Below, piece after piece: positions 1 through 10,341 of a stretch of 64,000 nt of DNA. The notes under the pieces are model-generated. The model did no database searches. It saw only the letters and a program-made list of their open reading frames with translations, and was not told where the DNA came from. The position numbers and the translations under genes were made by a program. Every line of letters starts with the position of its first letter. Within the stretch, counting starts at the first letter, position 1. The stretch lies in contig CASELH010000032.1 of NCBI GenBank assembly GCA_949288715.1, forward strand, positions 9,817-73,816. Reading direction: 5' to 3'. The stretch comes from an uncultured Bacteroides sp. Its GTDB lineage: Bacteria; Bacteroidota; Bacteroidia; Bacteroidales; Bacteroidaceae.

Positions 1-1080
1 GCTGCCGACCGGCAAGGCGTGACCGACCTTTATAAGAGCGAACGCGTAAAGAAAGCCATCCGCGACAACAACATACAGCTGGTTACCGTCAACGAGCTTG
101 TGACCGGACTGCCTCGCCAGCACGATGCCAAGGTGACGAAAGCCATTGACAATTACATGAAAGTAGCCCGTGAGAAGGGTCTTGATATTCATTCGATGAT
201 GGTGCTGCAAGGCGGCAAGGTCCTTGGAGAAAAATGGCAAAGCCGTGGCGACGCGGCAACTCCCCATATCATGAATTCTGCCAGTAAGACGTTGACCTCT
301 ACAGCCGCCGGGTTTGCCGTGGCAGAAGGGAAACTCAAGCTCGATGACAAAGTCATCAGTTTCTTCCCTGACAAATTACCTGCAAAAGTGAGCGACAACC
401 TGAAGGATATGACCGTACGCGACCTTCTCACCATGACTTCCGGACAGGCAAAGGCCAATACTACCGCCCAACGTCAGACGAAGCAGGACTGGGTAGAGGC
501 TTTCCTGGCCGAACCGGTACCCTATAAGCCAGGCACCTATTATGCCTACAACGGGTTGGGTACGTTCATGGTTTCTGCCATCGTACAGAAAGCGGTAGGA
601 GAGAATATCTTCGACTATCTTACTTCCCGCCTGTTCCGCCCATTGGGCATTACGGGCATCACTTGGGATGAAAGCCCGGATGGCATCAACTGCGGAGGTT
701 GGGGTGCCTACCTGAAGACAGAAGACATGGCAAAGATAGGCCAGTTCTACCTCCAGAAAGGGAAGTGGAACGGTAAGCAGCTTCTTCCAGAATGGTGGAT
801 TGAGGAAGCCACCAAGGCACAAGTGCCCTCACGGCCGGGTGGCATGACCGATGATGAATACAAGAAGAAAGACCCCGCCAACAACGACTGGATGCAAGGA
901 TACGGTTATCAGATTTGGCGTGGCCGCCACAACAGTTTCCGTGCCGATGGTGCCAATGGGCAATATATCTTAGTGCTTCCCGACCAGGATGCTGTAGTGG
1001 CCGTGACTGCCGACCTCAAAAACATGGCTGAAGAACTCAATCTGATTTGGGACATTATTCTTCCTGTTCTCAACAAATAA
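1..1080 (+). CDS. Serine hydrolase, beta-lactamase/class C fold; 5'-truncated by window edge, possibly with an upstream fused domain
   Basis: Frame is open from base 1. SxxK (SASK), YxN-like (YAYN) and HTG-equivalent (RADGANGQ) motifs. The first ~40 aa resemble the end of a separate domain (ChbG/YdjC-like, from recall). Confidence 0.8.
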   Translation, partial: AADRQGVTDLYKSERVKKAIRDNNIQLVTVNELVTGLPRQHDAKVTKAIDNYMKVAREKGLDIHSMMVLQGGKVLGEKWQSRGDAATPHIMNSASKTLTSTAAGFAVAEGKLKLDDKVISFFPDKLPAKVSDNLKDMTVRDLLTMTSGQAKANTTAQRQTKQDWVEAFLAEPVPYKPGTYYAYNGLGTFMVSAIVQKAVGENIFDYLTSRLFRPLGITGITWDESPDGINCGGWGAYLKTEDMAKIGQFYLQKGKWNGKQLLPEWWIEEATKAQVPSRPGGMTDDEYKKKDPANNDWMQGYGYQIWRGRHNSFRADGANGQYILVLPDQDAVVAVTADLKNMAEELNLIWDIILPVLNK

Positions 1081-1110
1081 TCAGTATTCACCCTAAAACA
1101 ACACAGCATC

Positions 1111-2478
1111 ATGAAAAAAGTCGTTTTATCTGCTATTGCGCTGATTGTATCAGCCTTTGCATTTGCACAGACGCGGACCGCTCCCGTCAAGGTAGAGGGC
1201 GGAATGATTGAAGGTGTAGTCATCGATGGTGTCAACACCTACCTCGGAATTCCCTTTGCCGCTCCACCTGTGGGCGAACTGCGTTGGAAAAAGCCCCAGC
1301 CTGTACAACCTTGGCAAGGCATCCGCCTTTGCGACCGTTTTGCACCGGCACCGATGCAGAATATGAATGCCCGTCGGCCCAAGGCGTGGAAGAATGTGGC
1401 CGAAATGAATCCTACAACAAGCGAGGACTGCTTGTATCTCAATGTCTTTGCTCCGGCAAAGAAATCCGATAAGCCCTATCCGGTGATGGTATGGATATAT
1501 GGCGGCGGTTTCCACCAAGGTGGAACGGACGGCCCGGTATACCGGGGCAACAAATACGTCAAAGAAGGTGTCATTATGGTTTCCATAGCCTATCGGTTGG
1601 GTGTGTTTGGCTTTCTTGCCCATCCGGAACTCAGCAAAGAGAGCGGTCACGGTTCGGGCAACTATGCGTTGTATGACCAGATTGCCGGGTTGAAATGGGT
1701 TAAGGAAAATATTGCAGCCTTCGGAGGCGACCCCAATAACGTCACGGTATTCGGCCAAAGTGCGGGCTCGCGCAGCATCCAAGGGTTGCTGTGCGGCAAA
1801 GGCACCGAGGGCCTCTTCCAGCGTGCCGTTCCCCAAAGCGGCTGTGCCATCCGTGATGATGCCAAATGCTTGCCTCTTAATGAAAATGAGGCACTCGGAA
1901 AAGCTTTCTTCGAAAGCATAGGAATCACCAGCCTCGAAGCTATGCGGGCCATTGATGCGGTGACTCTTCAGCAACTCTATCAGAATTCTACCTTCACTCC
2001 TAAGTTCCGTCCCGCCATTGACGGTTCGCTTATCGTAGAAGACTTTAATGACGCTACACTTGGCGGGCGTTATCTTGACATTGACTATATGATAGGCTAC
2101 ACCAAGGACGATGTGCCTAAAGCCAATTTTCCTAAGAGTGTAGGTGCCTGGGCCGATAACCAGGTCATCAATCTCAACCGCCGTCCTATCTATGTCTACA
2201 GTTTCGACCATCCGCAGCCGGAAGACCCCAATAATCCTACCAAAGACCAGTTCGGGGCAAAAGGAGCCATCCATTCTGCCGAACTTCCCTACATGTTTGG
2301 GCAAGTAGAGCTGAGTAAAAAGCCTATGAAAAAAGAAGATTACGAACTGGCCGAACGCATGGTGAAGTATTGGACCAATTTTGCCAAATATGGCAATCCC
2401 AACGGATTGACCGCCGGCGACTGGAAGCCTTACACCAAGGCAGACCAATATGTACACCATCTTGACGTGAAAAAGTAA
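1111..2478 (+). CDS. Type B carboxylesterase, secreted
   Basis: Signal peptide; GIPFAAPPVGELRW, SEDCLYLNV, WIYGGGF, GQSAG nucleophile elbow, HSAELPYMFG. Confidence 0.9.
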   Translation: MKKVVLSAIALIVSAFAFAQTRTAPVKVEGGMIEGVVIDGVNTYLGIPFAAPPVGELRWKKPQPVQPWQGIRLCDRFAPAPMQNMNARRPKAWKNVAEMNPTTSEDCLYLNVFAPAKKSDKPYPVMVWIYGGGFHQGGTDGPVYRGNKYVKEGVIMVSIAYRLGVFGFLAHPELSKESGHGSGNYALYDQIAGLKWVKENIAAFGGDPNNVTVFGQSAGSRSIQGLLCGKGTEGLFQRAVPQSGCAIRDDAKCLPLNENEALGKAFFESIGITSLEAMRAIDAVTLQQLYQNSTFTPKFRPAIDGSLIVEDFNDATLGGRYLDIDYMIGYTKDDVPKANFPKSVGAWADNQVINLNRRPIYVYSFDHPQPEDPNNPTKDQFGAKGAIHSAELPYMFGQVELSKKPMKKEDYELAERMVKYWTNFAKYGNPNGLTAGDWKPYTKADQYVHHLDVKK

Positions 2479-2509
2479 TTATAAACCCATCAAACAGACC
2501 TGATCAAAA

Positions 2510-4726
2510 ATGAAAAACCTTTCGAAATCAATTCTTGCCATTGCTTTGGTATTCCCATTGCAGGGCTTTGCCCAGACAAATGTTGCCCCTAAAGACACTA
2601 CTGTAGTCAAGGAAAATACAGAGGAAATAAAAGACGCCATCGCCTTGCTCAATGCCTCAAGTGCCAGCGAGCCTCGCGCCGTACCTATCGGACTGCCTGC
2701 TGCCTACACAGTTGTACGCCAGGATGGTCTGCCGGTTACTTATTTCTGGGACCCCAATGCCACCAACCTACACTGGCGTCAGGACGGCTCGCTGCAGAGC
2801 ACCAAGACGTTGCCTATGTCCATGACGGGCATTTACGAGGGTGAAATTGGCGTAGGTGTTGATTCATACACCAAGTTAGGCTCCCGGCAATTCAAGGGCA
2901 ACGCCAAATATGCCACCAACACCTTGGGCAAACATTCTTTCAATGTCGGCCTTTCCGGGGGCCTGGGCAAAAGGACGACTTTCTCGCTCAATGCCTACAA
3001 TAATATGGATCCCGGCAATGTGATGCTTCAGTTCACGCGTTTTGCCGACCGCGTTCAGTTTTACACCGGTACGCTTACCCATCAGTATGATGACAAGGGC
3101 TCTGCTTTCTCCGTGTTCTACAAGTACACCGACATGCACGACCTGTCCAGTACGGTAAAGCAGGCGCCATTCTATTGGGTGGGCGATGGTTCCATTGAGG
3201 AGTTCGATGACTTCGTCATTGGTAAGGATAATTATGGTAACAACGACGGTGTCATTACTTACCAGGACATCCGCACCGGTGAAATGAAGACAGCCAACTA
3301 CAACGACTTGGCTCACAGCCATTCTCATGAAGTCAAATTCATGCTCGACCATAAGTTTGACCCGAAGACTACATTGTTTCTGCGTGCCAAAGCATCGTTC
3401 ACCGATCGTAATGCACTGGAAGATAATACCCAGAACGTCCTTGCCGAGCAAACTCGTGACTATTACGACGGCAGCGGCACTTATACCGGTCGCATACAAC
3501 GCCGTTTGGCTCAAGTCGGTGCCGGCAACATCGAAGATTACATGTTAGTGGCCCGCCTCAACAAGAAGACAGACCGGCACGATTGGAATGTTGCTGTTTT
3601 CGACTACCTGGAACATGTGGACTACGGGACCTCTTCGGTTCAATACGACCACGAGGTGAAAGCCAATCCGATGCGTTTGCGTTTCAACGGTAACCAGTTC
3701 TTCAACTTCAATGCCAGCGGACAGTTTGCCAAAGGTTGGGAAAACAAGGCCGGTGCGTTCCTGTTCGACACTTGGAAGGTACATCCTTTCGTGAAGCTCT
3801 CTTATGGAGCCCGTCTGGAATACTTCAATCTGAACGTCGACTACTCGCAGGATGCCCGCTTTGCCGGCTTCTACCTCGGTGGTCCCACGAAGGATGGCAA
3901 CGGCACCGTTGGCCTCACCAGCGACAGGCTTCATGGTTTCAACTATTCGGTATCGTTCATTCCGACCATCAATTTCACCAAGGATTTCGGATTCGACGGA
4001 GAAATCAACTACATCACCATGTATCGCCATATTCAAGGCTTCTACGGTGCCAATGCTCCTTTGTCGAAGACTCGTCCACACACCTTGGCTCGTGCCGGAT
4101 TCTTTTACAACCATAAACTCTTCAACGTGGTGACGTCTTTCACGTATTCTTATCGTAAAGGCGACTCGGGTCGTATCACCGTGCCGAGCGAAAATCCCAA
4201 TGAAAGCTCTGTCATGGTGCCCTATCATCAGGCCATACGCACCATGGGCTGGAAGACCGACCTTATGCTCACCCCTTTCAAAGGATTCTCGCTCAATGTA
4301 ATCTTTACCCTTCAAAACCCCAAACTGGCCATGTACAAGTTCTCGGCCTTCGGTAAAGACTACGATTTCGCCGGCATGCAGATGCCCAATCTTTCGAAAA
4401 TCTTGCTGGACATCAATCCCCGCTACTCTTACAAAGGATTCAATATCTGGATGAGTGCCCGCTATTCCAGTAAGCGGTATGCTAACGTAGGCAATTCCAT
4501 TGTCTTTGACGGTCGTTGGGAAACCTTTGCAGGGGCCAGTTACAAAATCAACAAACATGCCACCTTCACCGCCAATGTCGTGAACTTCCTGAACACTACC
4601 GGCCCCGCCGGAAACGTTCCGGGGTCGGCTCTCATTACCGACGGTTCACAGTTTGCAGGTTCGCTGATTGCCGGTTCCTACATCCGTCCTTTCCAAATGG
4701 AGTTTGGGCTTAACATTAATTTCTAA
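2510..4726 (+). CDS. TonB-dependent-receptor-like outer membrane beta-barrel (no SusD partner)
   Basis: Signal peptide, 738 aa, amphipathic aromatic-rich strands, C-terminal FGLNINF. Confidence 0.75.
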   Translation: MKNLSKSILAIALVFPLQGFAQTNVAPKDTTVVKENTEEIKDAIALLNASSASEPRAVPIGLPAAYTVVRQDGLPVTYFWDPNATNLHWRQDGSLQSTKTLPMSMTGIYEGEIGVGVDSYTKLGSRQFKGNAKYATNTLGKHSFNVGLSGGLGKRTTFSLNAYNNMDPGNVMLQFTRFADRVQFYTGTLTHQYDDKGSAFSVFYKYTDMHDLSSTVKQAPFYWVGDGSIEEFDDFVIGKDNYGNNDGVITYQDIRTGEMKTANYNDLAHSHSHEVKFMLDHKFDPKTTLFLRAKASFTDRNALEDNTQNVLAEQTRDYYDGSGTYTGRIQRRLAQVGAGNIEDYMLVARLNKKTDRHDWNVAVFDYLEHVDYGTSSVQYDHEVKANPMRLRFNGNQFFNFNASGQFAKGWENKAGAFLFDTWKVHPFVKLSYGARLEYFNLNVDYSQDARFAGFYLGGPTKDGNGTVGLTSDRLHGFNYSVSFIPTINFTKDFGFDGEINYITMYRHIQGFYGANAPLSKTRPHTLARAGFFYNHKLFNVVTSFTYSYRKGDSGRITVPSENPNESSVMVPYHQAIRTMGWKTDLMLTPFKGFSLNVIFTLQNPKLAMYKFSAFGKDYDFAGMQMPNLSKILLDINPRYSYKGFNIWMSARYSSKRYANVGNSIVFDGRWETFAGASYKINKHATFTANVVNFLNTTGPAGNVPGSALITDGSQFAGSLIAGSYIRPFQMEFGLNINF

Positions 4727-4745
4727 GTATTGCATTTCTGCTCAT

Positions 4746-4778
4746 AGGGGTGCGCTGGAGAATGGCGCCCCCTTTTTT
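4746..4778 (+). terminator. Intrinsic terminator
   Basis: aggggtgc...gcgccccc stem followed by T6, between convergent genes. Confidence 0.6.
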
Positions 4779-4803
4779 ATCCGTCAGCCACCGTCTCCTT
4801 GCT

Positions 4804-6246
4804 TTAGAGTCTGGTGATGACTTCGTAACACACAGCATCCTGCATCCTGCGCGCTTTTCTTCCCGACAGCGTATTTTGGTTCATGATGGCGAAGGCCACC
4901 CAATGCCCATTCTTGGCTTGCAGGTAGCCGGCTAGGCAGCTCACGCCGGTATAGGTACCTGTCTTGGCATGCACGCGGCGGAAACCGGGGGTGCGGTAGC
5001 CCATGCGGTGCTCCAGGGTGCCGTCGATGCCGCTGACGGGCAGGGCTTTGTAGAGGGCTTGGAAGATGTCGGTGCGCCCGTAGGCGTAGCGCAGCAGGGC
5101 TACCAGCAGCTCGGGGGTCACGTAGTCGTAGTGCGACAGCCCGCAGCCGTCGGCCAGGTTGTAGTCATCGGGGTCGAGGCCCAGCTGTTCTATCAGGTCG
5201 TTCACGGCATCCAGGCCGTCATCGGCTGTGATATAGTTTCGGTTAGTAGTCTGTTTGCCCAGGCGGTGCAGCAGGGCTTCGGCGTTGAGGTTGTCGCTCT
5301 CCTTGAGGCACTGGTCGAGCACGGCCTGCATGGGCGTTTCGTGCACAGCCACGCGCACCGCGAGGCTGTCCGGATGGAATTCGCGGAAGCCGTAGAGTGG
5401 GTCGGCCGCTACGCCGCGTTGTTGCAGGCGTTCCACGAAGGTGTGCATGAAGAAGTCTTGCGAAGAGTAGATGTTGATGACGCGCGCCGTGCGCCCGCTC
5501 ACGTTGCCCGTGGCCACGAGCGTGTTGCTGTTGTGCATCCAGTCGCGCGTCACGCGGAAGCCTCCTGCCCGTGGCGTGCGGCTGGCGGTGTGGTTCTCCA
5601 GGCGGTAGTAGGTGGAGGCGGGGGTGCACTTCAGCAGGGCGGGCATGCCGCGCTCGGCGGGCCGGGCGGCGATGGTGACCACGCCTTTCTCCAGCATCAG
5701 GGGCGACAGGTAGGGCTGGAAGGCCGAAGGATTGTCGTCCCACAGCCAGCCGCTGCCCCAGTGCAGGGAGTCTTTCATCGACACGTCGCCATACACCTTG
5801 CCCTTGATGGCGGAGAAGGGCAGTCGGGCCACGGCCTCTACCAGCGAGTCGAGCGCCTCGTCGTCAAACTCGGGGTCGAATCCGCCCACCACGTAGAGGT
5901 CGCCCCGCAGCGTGTCGGCCTGCACCGTGCCCTGGTACCACACCTCCGTGCGGAAGGGCTCGCGCGCCTGGGGGTGCGACAGGGCAGTGATGGCGGTGAG
6001 CAACTTCATGGTGCTGGCCGGGCGCGACAGGCGGTCGGCCTGGTAGCTGTAGACAGGTCGGCCTGCCGTAAGGTCGTAGATGGCGATGCCCACGTTGGAG
6101 CCTTGTGGCAGCTGCTTGGCCACCAGTGAGTCGAGCCGGTGGGCCAGGGTGAGGGTGTCGGCAGTAAGGGAATCCGTTGCCGCCTCCTGTGCGGCGAGGG
6201 TAAGGGTGCAGACTGCAAGCAGCAGGCTGAGTATTGCTTTCTTCAT
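4804..6246 (-). CDS. dacB: D-alanyl-D-alanine carboxypeptidase/endopeptidase PBP4 (peptidase S13)
   Basis: PASTMK (SxxK), ESDNLNAE (SxN), HAKTG (KTG). Start placed at MKKAILS signal peptide. Confidence 0.92.
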   Translation of the reverse strand: MKKAILSLLLAVCTLTLAAQEAATDSLTADTLTLAHRLDSLVAKQLPQGSNVGIAIYDLTAGRPVYSYQADRLSRPASTMKLLTAITALSHPQAREPFRTEVWYQGTVQADTLRGDLYVVGGFDPEFDDEALDSLVEAVARLPFSAIKGKVYGDVSMKDSLHWGSGWLWDDNPSAFQPYLSPLMLEKGVVTIAARPAERGMPALLKCTPASTYYRLENHTASRTPRAGGFRVTRDWMHNSNTLVATGNVSGRTARVINIYSSQDFFMHTFVERLQQRGVAADPLYGFREFHPDSLAVRVAVHETPMQAVLDQCLKESDNLNAEALLHRLGKQTTNRNYITADDGLDAVNDLIEQLGLDPDDYNLADGCGLSHYDYVTPELLVALLRYAYGRTDIFQALYKALPVSGIDGTLEHRMGYRTPGFRRVHAKTGTYTGVSCLAGYLQAKNGHWVAFAIMNQNTLSGRKARRMQDAVCYEVITRL

Positions 6247-6453
6247 TGTCTTTCTTATTTTGCGGGACAAAGGTACAAACATTTCCCTCATGCCGTTTGC
6301 GTCGGGGAGAAAAAGAAGGGTTTCGCAGTTGGAAATCAAACCCCAAGGAAAGGTATGTACTGCCGATAATTGGGAATCGGATTGGCAAAGCGGTGGAAAA
6401 GCCTTATTTTTGTCTTATGATAATGAAGTTAATTTGAAAGAATCAGTAGACCT

Positions 6454-7506
6454 ATGATGAAACGTTTGTTCCTTTGCAAAGTTTTGCTTAGCTTTCTGTT
6501 GTGTTGTGCAGGAGGCTTGATGACGCAGGCATTTGCTGCAGACGGCAGCCTTGTCCGCTTGCAGGTGTTGCAGCTCAATGTGTGGCAGGATGCCACGCTG
6601 GTTCCCGGGGGCTTTGGCGGCTTGGTGGATGAGATTGCCGCCCATCGCCCGGATGTGGTTACCTTGTGTGAGGTGTGTGATTTTCAGGGCGTGAACTTTA
6701 CCGACAGCCTTTGTCGCAGCCTGCGTGCCCACGGGTTGCATTACTACACCTGTCCCAGTCAGGATGGAGGCATTCTGAGCCAGTATCCCATTGTGGAGAG
6801 CCGTGCGTTGGACTCGTTGAGCATCAACCGTGCCGTCATCGACGTGCAAGGCCGTCGGCTGGCTGTTTATGCTGTGCATTTGGACTACACTCACTATGCC
6901 TGCTATCTGCCCCGTGGATATGACGGCGTGACGTGGAAAGAATGCCCTTTGCCGCAATCGGTGGCCGAGGTGCTGGCACAGAATGATGCTTCGCGGCGTC
7001 CGGCAGAAATAAGACAACTGATAGCTCATGCCGGAAAAGACTTGGAAGCAGGCATGGGGGTAATCATTGGGGGAGATTTCAACGAACCGTCCTGGATGGA
7101 CTGGCAAGCCGATACTAAGGACCTGTATGACCACCGTGGATTCATTGTGCCCTGGACCACTACACGCCTGCTGCACGAGGCGGGGTATCGTGACGCCTAC
7201 CGCGAACTCTATCCCAGTGCCGTAACCCATCCCGGGTTTACCTGGGTGGCCGGAAACAAAGATGTACCCATTGATAAACTGACGTGGGCACCCAAGTCGG
7301 ATGAGCGCGATCGCATTGACTTTGTTTTTTACAAGGGTGGGGGGATGAAGCCTCTACGGGCTGCTTTGTTGGGTCCTCGCGTCTCCATTGTCTGCGGCGT
7401 GCGGGTGGAGGAGTCCTCACAAGACCCCCTCATCGAGCCGCAGGGTATATGGCCCAGCGACCACCGGGGAGTCTTGGTGATCCTTTTGCTGGAGGAGGAA
7501 GAATAG
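6454..7506 (+). CDS. Endonuclease/exonuclease/phosphatase family protein, secreted
   Basis: LQLNVW, TLCEV, GGDFNEPS, RIDFVF, PSDH motifs; signal peptide. Confidence 0.88.
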   Translation: MMKRLFLCKVLLSFLLCCAGGLMTQAFAADGSLVRLQVLQLNVWQDATLVPGGFGGLVDEIAAHRPDVVTLCEVCDFQGVNFTDSLCRSLRAHGLHYYTCPSQDGGILSQYPIVESRALDSLSINRAVIDVQGRRLAVYAVHLDYTHYACYLPRGYDGVTWKECPLPQSVAEVLAQNDASRRPAEIRQLIAHAGKDLEAGMGVIIGGDFNEPSWMDWQADTKDLYDHRGFIVPWTTTRLLHEAGYRDAYRELYPSAVTHPGFTWVAGNKDVPIDKLTWAPKSDERDRIDFVFYKGGGMKPLRAALLGPRVSIVCGVRVEESSQDPLIEPQGIWPSDHRGVLVILLLEEEE

Positions 7507-7507
7507 C

Positions 7508-8644
7508 CTACTTCCTCCGTGCCAACCAGCGGCGCACAGGCTCGTCGTACACCTTCAGGATAAGATAGGTCAGGGCGATGCTGCCAAAGAACACCAGCAG
7601 GGCATAGGGCCATGCCTCTGAGAAGGGTATCTTTTCCTCACCGCCCCACAGCCAGGCATAGAACAGGTACATGAAGGGATAGTGCACCACGTACACCGGA
7701 TAGGAGATGTCCCCGCAGAACTTGCACACGCGCTGGGTGCCTCTGTCCGTCGCCTTGCCCGACGCACCCAGCCACACCAGCAGGGGGAAGATAAGGATGA
7801 CGCACACCGAGTCGTACAGCCCGTTGAGCCAAAGCCTCTCCGCCCCGCCCACATGGGGCATGCAGAGCAGCACGACCACGGCCAGGCTGCACAGCCAGAA
7901 CGCCCCGCGGATGTGCACCGGCTTGAACACGCGCGACATCAGCAGCCCTGCCGAGAAGGCAAAGAGCAGCCGCAGCATGCCCCCGGGAAAGTTCAGTCCC
8001 GCCAGCGTCCAGCCCACACCCAGGTGCCCGTAGCCCGACCCGTTGCCTATGGCATACGTAGCCAGTCCGATGCCTGCCGCACCGACCAGTACCGCCAGCC
8101 ACCGGGTAGAAAGCTTCCGGATGAACAGGGCATACAGAATGTTGCCTATGTACTCGAAAAACAGCGACCAGTTTGGCCCGTTCAGCGGATACATCTCGCC
8201 GTTGCCACGCACGTCGGCCCCTGCCCCCGGCGCCACGGGGATGAGGAAGAGGTTGAGCAGCATGGCCAGCATCAGCATCGAGGTGGCTACGTGCGTGCCG
8301 TCCCACCGCTCGCAGCCCTGCACCCAGTAGGTGATGGCGCCCAGCACCACGCCCATGATGACCATGGGGTGCAGTCGTATGAGCCGACGCTTGAAAAACT
8401 TGCGGGTGGTGAGCGAGCGTTTCCAGCGGTCGTCGTAAGCATAGCCAATGACAAAGCCGGAGAGGATGAAGAAGAAGTCCACAGCCAGGTAGCCGTGGTT
8501 GAAGCCCTGGTCGATGGGGCTGGTGGCAAAGCCTTCGAACACGTGGTACCACATGACGACCAGCGCCGCCACGCCACGCAGTCCGTCCAGCAGTTCATAG
8601 TGGGGTTTGGAGTCCGCAAAGGCTGCGGAAGTCATTTTTTTCAT
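7508..8644 (-). CDS. Acyltransferase family 3 (OafA-like) membrane protein
   Basis: LDGLRGVAA, AVDFFFILSGFVI, RRLIRLHP, WSLFFE, GDISYPVYVVH. Confidence 0.9.
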   Translation of the reverse strand: MKKMTSAAFADSKPHYELLDGLRGVAALVVMWYHVFEGFATSPIDQGFNHGYLAVDFFFILSGFVIGYAYDDRWKRSLTTRKFFKRRLIRLHPMVIMGVVLGAITYWVQGCERWDGTHVATSMLMLAMLLNLFLIPVAPGAGADVRGNGEMYPLNGPNWSLFFEYIGNILYALFIRKLSTRWLAVLVGAAGIGLATYAIGNGSGYGHLGVGWTLAGLNFPGGMLRLLFAFSAGLLMSRVFKPVHIRGAFWLCSLAVVVLLCMPHVGGAERLWLNGLYDSVCVILIFPLLVWLGASGKATDRGTQRVCKFCGDISYPVYVVHYPFMYLFYAWLWGGEEKIPFSEAWPYALLVFFGSIALTYLILKVYDEPVRRWLARRK

Positions 8645-8668
8645 GGGGGTAAGAGAGGGGGAGGTGTT

Positions 8669-8778
8669 AAGTGATAAGTGGTTAGTGTTTAGTGATTAGC
8701 GGTTAGTGATGAGTGGTTAGTGGCAAAAGGCGTAAACAACACCTGCCACTAACCGCTCATCGCTCAACACTAATCACT
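8669..8778. repeat. Heptamer tandem-repeat palindrome (TAGTGAT-type arms)
   Basis: 8 heptamers (aagtgat aagtggt tagtgtt tagtgat tagcggt tagtgat gagtggt tagtggc), spacer, then 5 inverted heptamers abutting a stop codon. Confidence 0.8.
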
Positions 8779-8781
8779 GCC

Positions 8782-10278
8782 TTACGCATACTGTGCCCAG
8801 TCGGTGTTGCGCATGTCGCCGCTCTTGGCCAGCTCGGCGTGCATGCCCAGGGCAGCGCGGATGGCGTGCGGTGTCTGAGCCTTGCCGTCGGTCAGCTTCA
8901 GGTAGTCCCACAGGATGTTCTTGTAGTCGGGGTGCACGCAGTTCTCTATGATGGTCTGTGCGCGCTCCTTGGGGCTCTTGCCACGCAGGTCGGCCACGCC
9001 CTGCTCGGTGACGATGATGTTCACGTCGTGCTCCGAGTGGTCGTGGTGCGACACCATGGGCACGATAGCGCTGATGCGGCCTTCCTTGGTGACCGACGGG
9101 CAGGTGAAGATGGAGATGTAGGCGTTGCGGGTGAAGTCGCCGCTGCCGCCGATGCCGTTCATCATCTTCGTGCCGCCTATGTGGGTGGAGTTCACGTTGC
9201 CGTAGATGTCGGCCTCGATGGCGGTGTTGATGGAGATGATGCCCAAGCGGCGCACAATCTCGGGACTGTTGGATATTTCCGACGGGCGGAGCACCAGTTT
9301 GTCGCCAAAGAACTGCATGTCGCTGTACACCTCGTTGAGGCAGTCGTTGGTCACGGTGAGCGAGCAGCCGGAAGCAAACTTCACGCGGCCGTCGCGTATC
9401 AAGCCGATGACGGCGTTCTGTATCACCTCGGTGTAGATGTTGAAGGCGGGTATGGCGGTGCTGTGTCCCAGGGCGCCCAGCACGGCATTGGCAATGTTGC
9501 CCACGCCCGACTGCAGGGGCAGGAAGGTGCTGGGGATAATGCCCCGCTTCATGTCGGCCACGAGGAAGTCTGCCACGTTGCGGCCTATCTGGTCGGTCAC
9601 GGGGTCGGCAGCCGAGAAGGCGCGTGCCTCGTCGGGCCAGTTGGTCTCCACGATGCCCACAATCTTCTTGGGGTCTACCTGTATGTAGGGCGTGCCGATG
9701 CGGTCGTTGGGCTTATAGATGGGTATCTCGCGGCGGTAGGGCGGGTCGAGGGGCTCGTACACGTCGTGCAGTCTCATGGCCGCCTTGCTGTGTGCAGCGT
9801 TCAGTTCCACGATGATTTGGTCGGCCAGGCGGCACACGGTGGGGGCGATTCCTCCGGCGGCGGTGAGGTAGATTTTGCCGTCATCGGTCACCTCGCAGGC
9901 CTCTATGATGGCCACGTTCACCTTGCCCATGAAGCCGTAGCGCAGCTCCTGCGCCATTTGCGAGAGGTGGATGTCGTTGTAGGCAATCTCGCCGTTGTTT
10001 ACCGCCGCGCGGAAATCCTTGTTGGTGGTGTAGGGTGCGCGGTAGCGGATGGCCTTGGCGCGCGTCAGCACGCCGTCGCACGATTCGCCCGTGGAGGCGC
10101 CGGTAAAGATGCCCACCTGGAAGGGGTTGCCCTTGGCGTGTTCTGCTTCTGCTATCTTGGCCAGTTCGGCTGTCACGGCTTTGGCCGTGCCGGCGGGTGT
10201 GAATCCGCTCAGGCCGATGTTGTAGCCGTGCTTGATGAGGCTGGCAGCTTCTGCTGCCGAAATGCGGTTGAATGACAT
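8782..10278 (-). CDS. Acetyl-CoA hydrolase/succinate CoA-transferase
   Basis: GLSGFTPAG, LPLQSGVGNIANA, EADIYGNVNSTH, MMNGIGGSGDF, VTEQGVADLRG. Confidence 0.92.
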   Translation of the reverse strand: MSFNRISAAEAASLIKHGYNIGLSGFTPAGTAKAVTAELAKIAEAEHAKGNPFQVGIFTGASTGESCDGVLTRAKAIRYRAPYTTNKDFRAAVNNGEIAYNDIHLSQMAQELRYGFMGKVNVAIIEACEVTDDGKIYLTAAGGIAPTVCRLADQIIVELNAAHSKAAMRLHDVYEPLDPPYRREIPIYKPNDRIGTPYIQVDPKKIVGIVETNWPDEARAFSAADPVTDQIGRNVADFLVADMKRGIIPSTFLPLQSGVGNIANAVLGALGHSTAIPAFNIYTEVIQNAVIGLIRDGRVKFASGCSLTVTNDCLNEVYSDMQFFGDKLVLRPSEISNSPEIVRRLGIISINTAIEADIYGNVNSTHIGGTKMMNGIGGSGDFTRNAYISIFTCPSVTKEGRISAIVPMVSHHDHSEHDVNIIVTEQGVADLRGKSPKERAQTIIENCVHPDYKNILWDYLKLTDGKAQTPHAIRAALGMHAELAKSGDMRNTDWAQYA

Positions 10279-10341
10279 AGTAGTGTTGTTTTTTATATTG
10301 TTGTTAATGATACAGTTCGCTGTGTCGGTGCCGGGCGGCGC

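Noticed and set aside
1-1080. Beta-lactam resistance gene
   Set aside because: Shares only the SxxK fold; context and motifs fit an esterase/amidase-type serine hydrolase.
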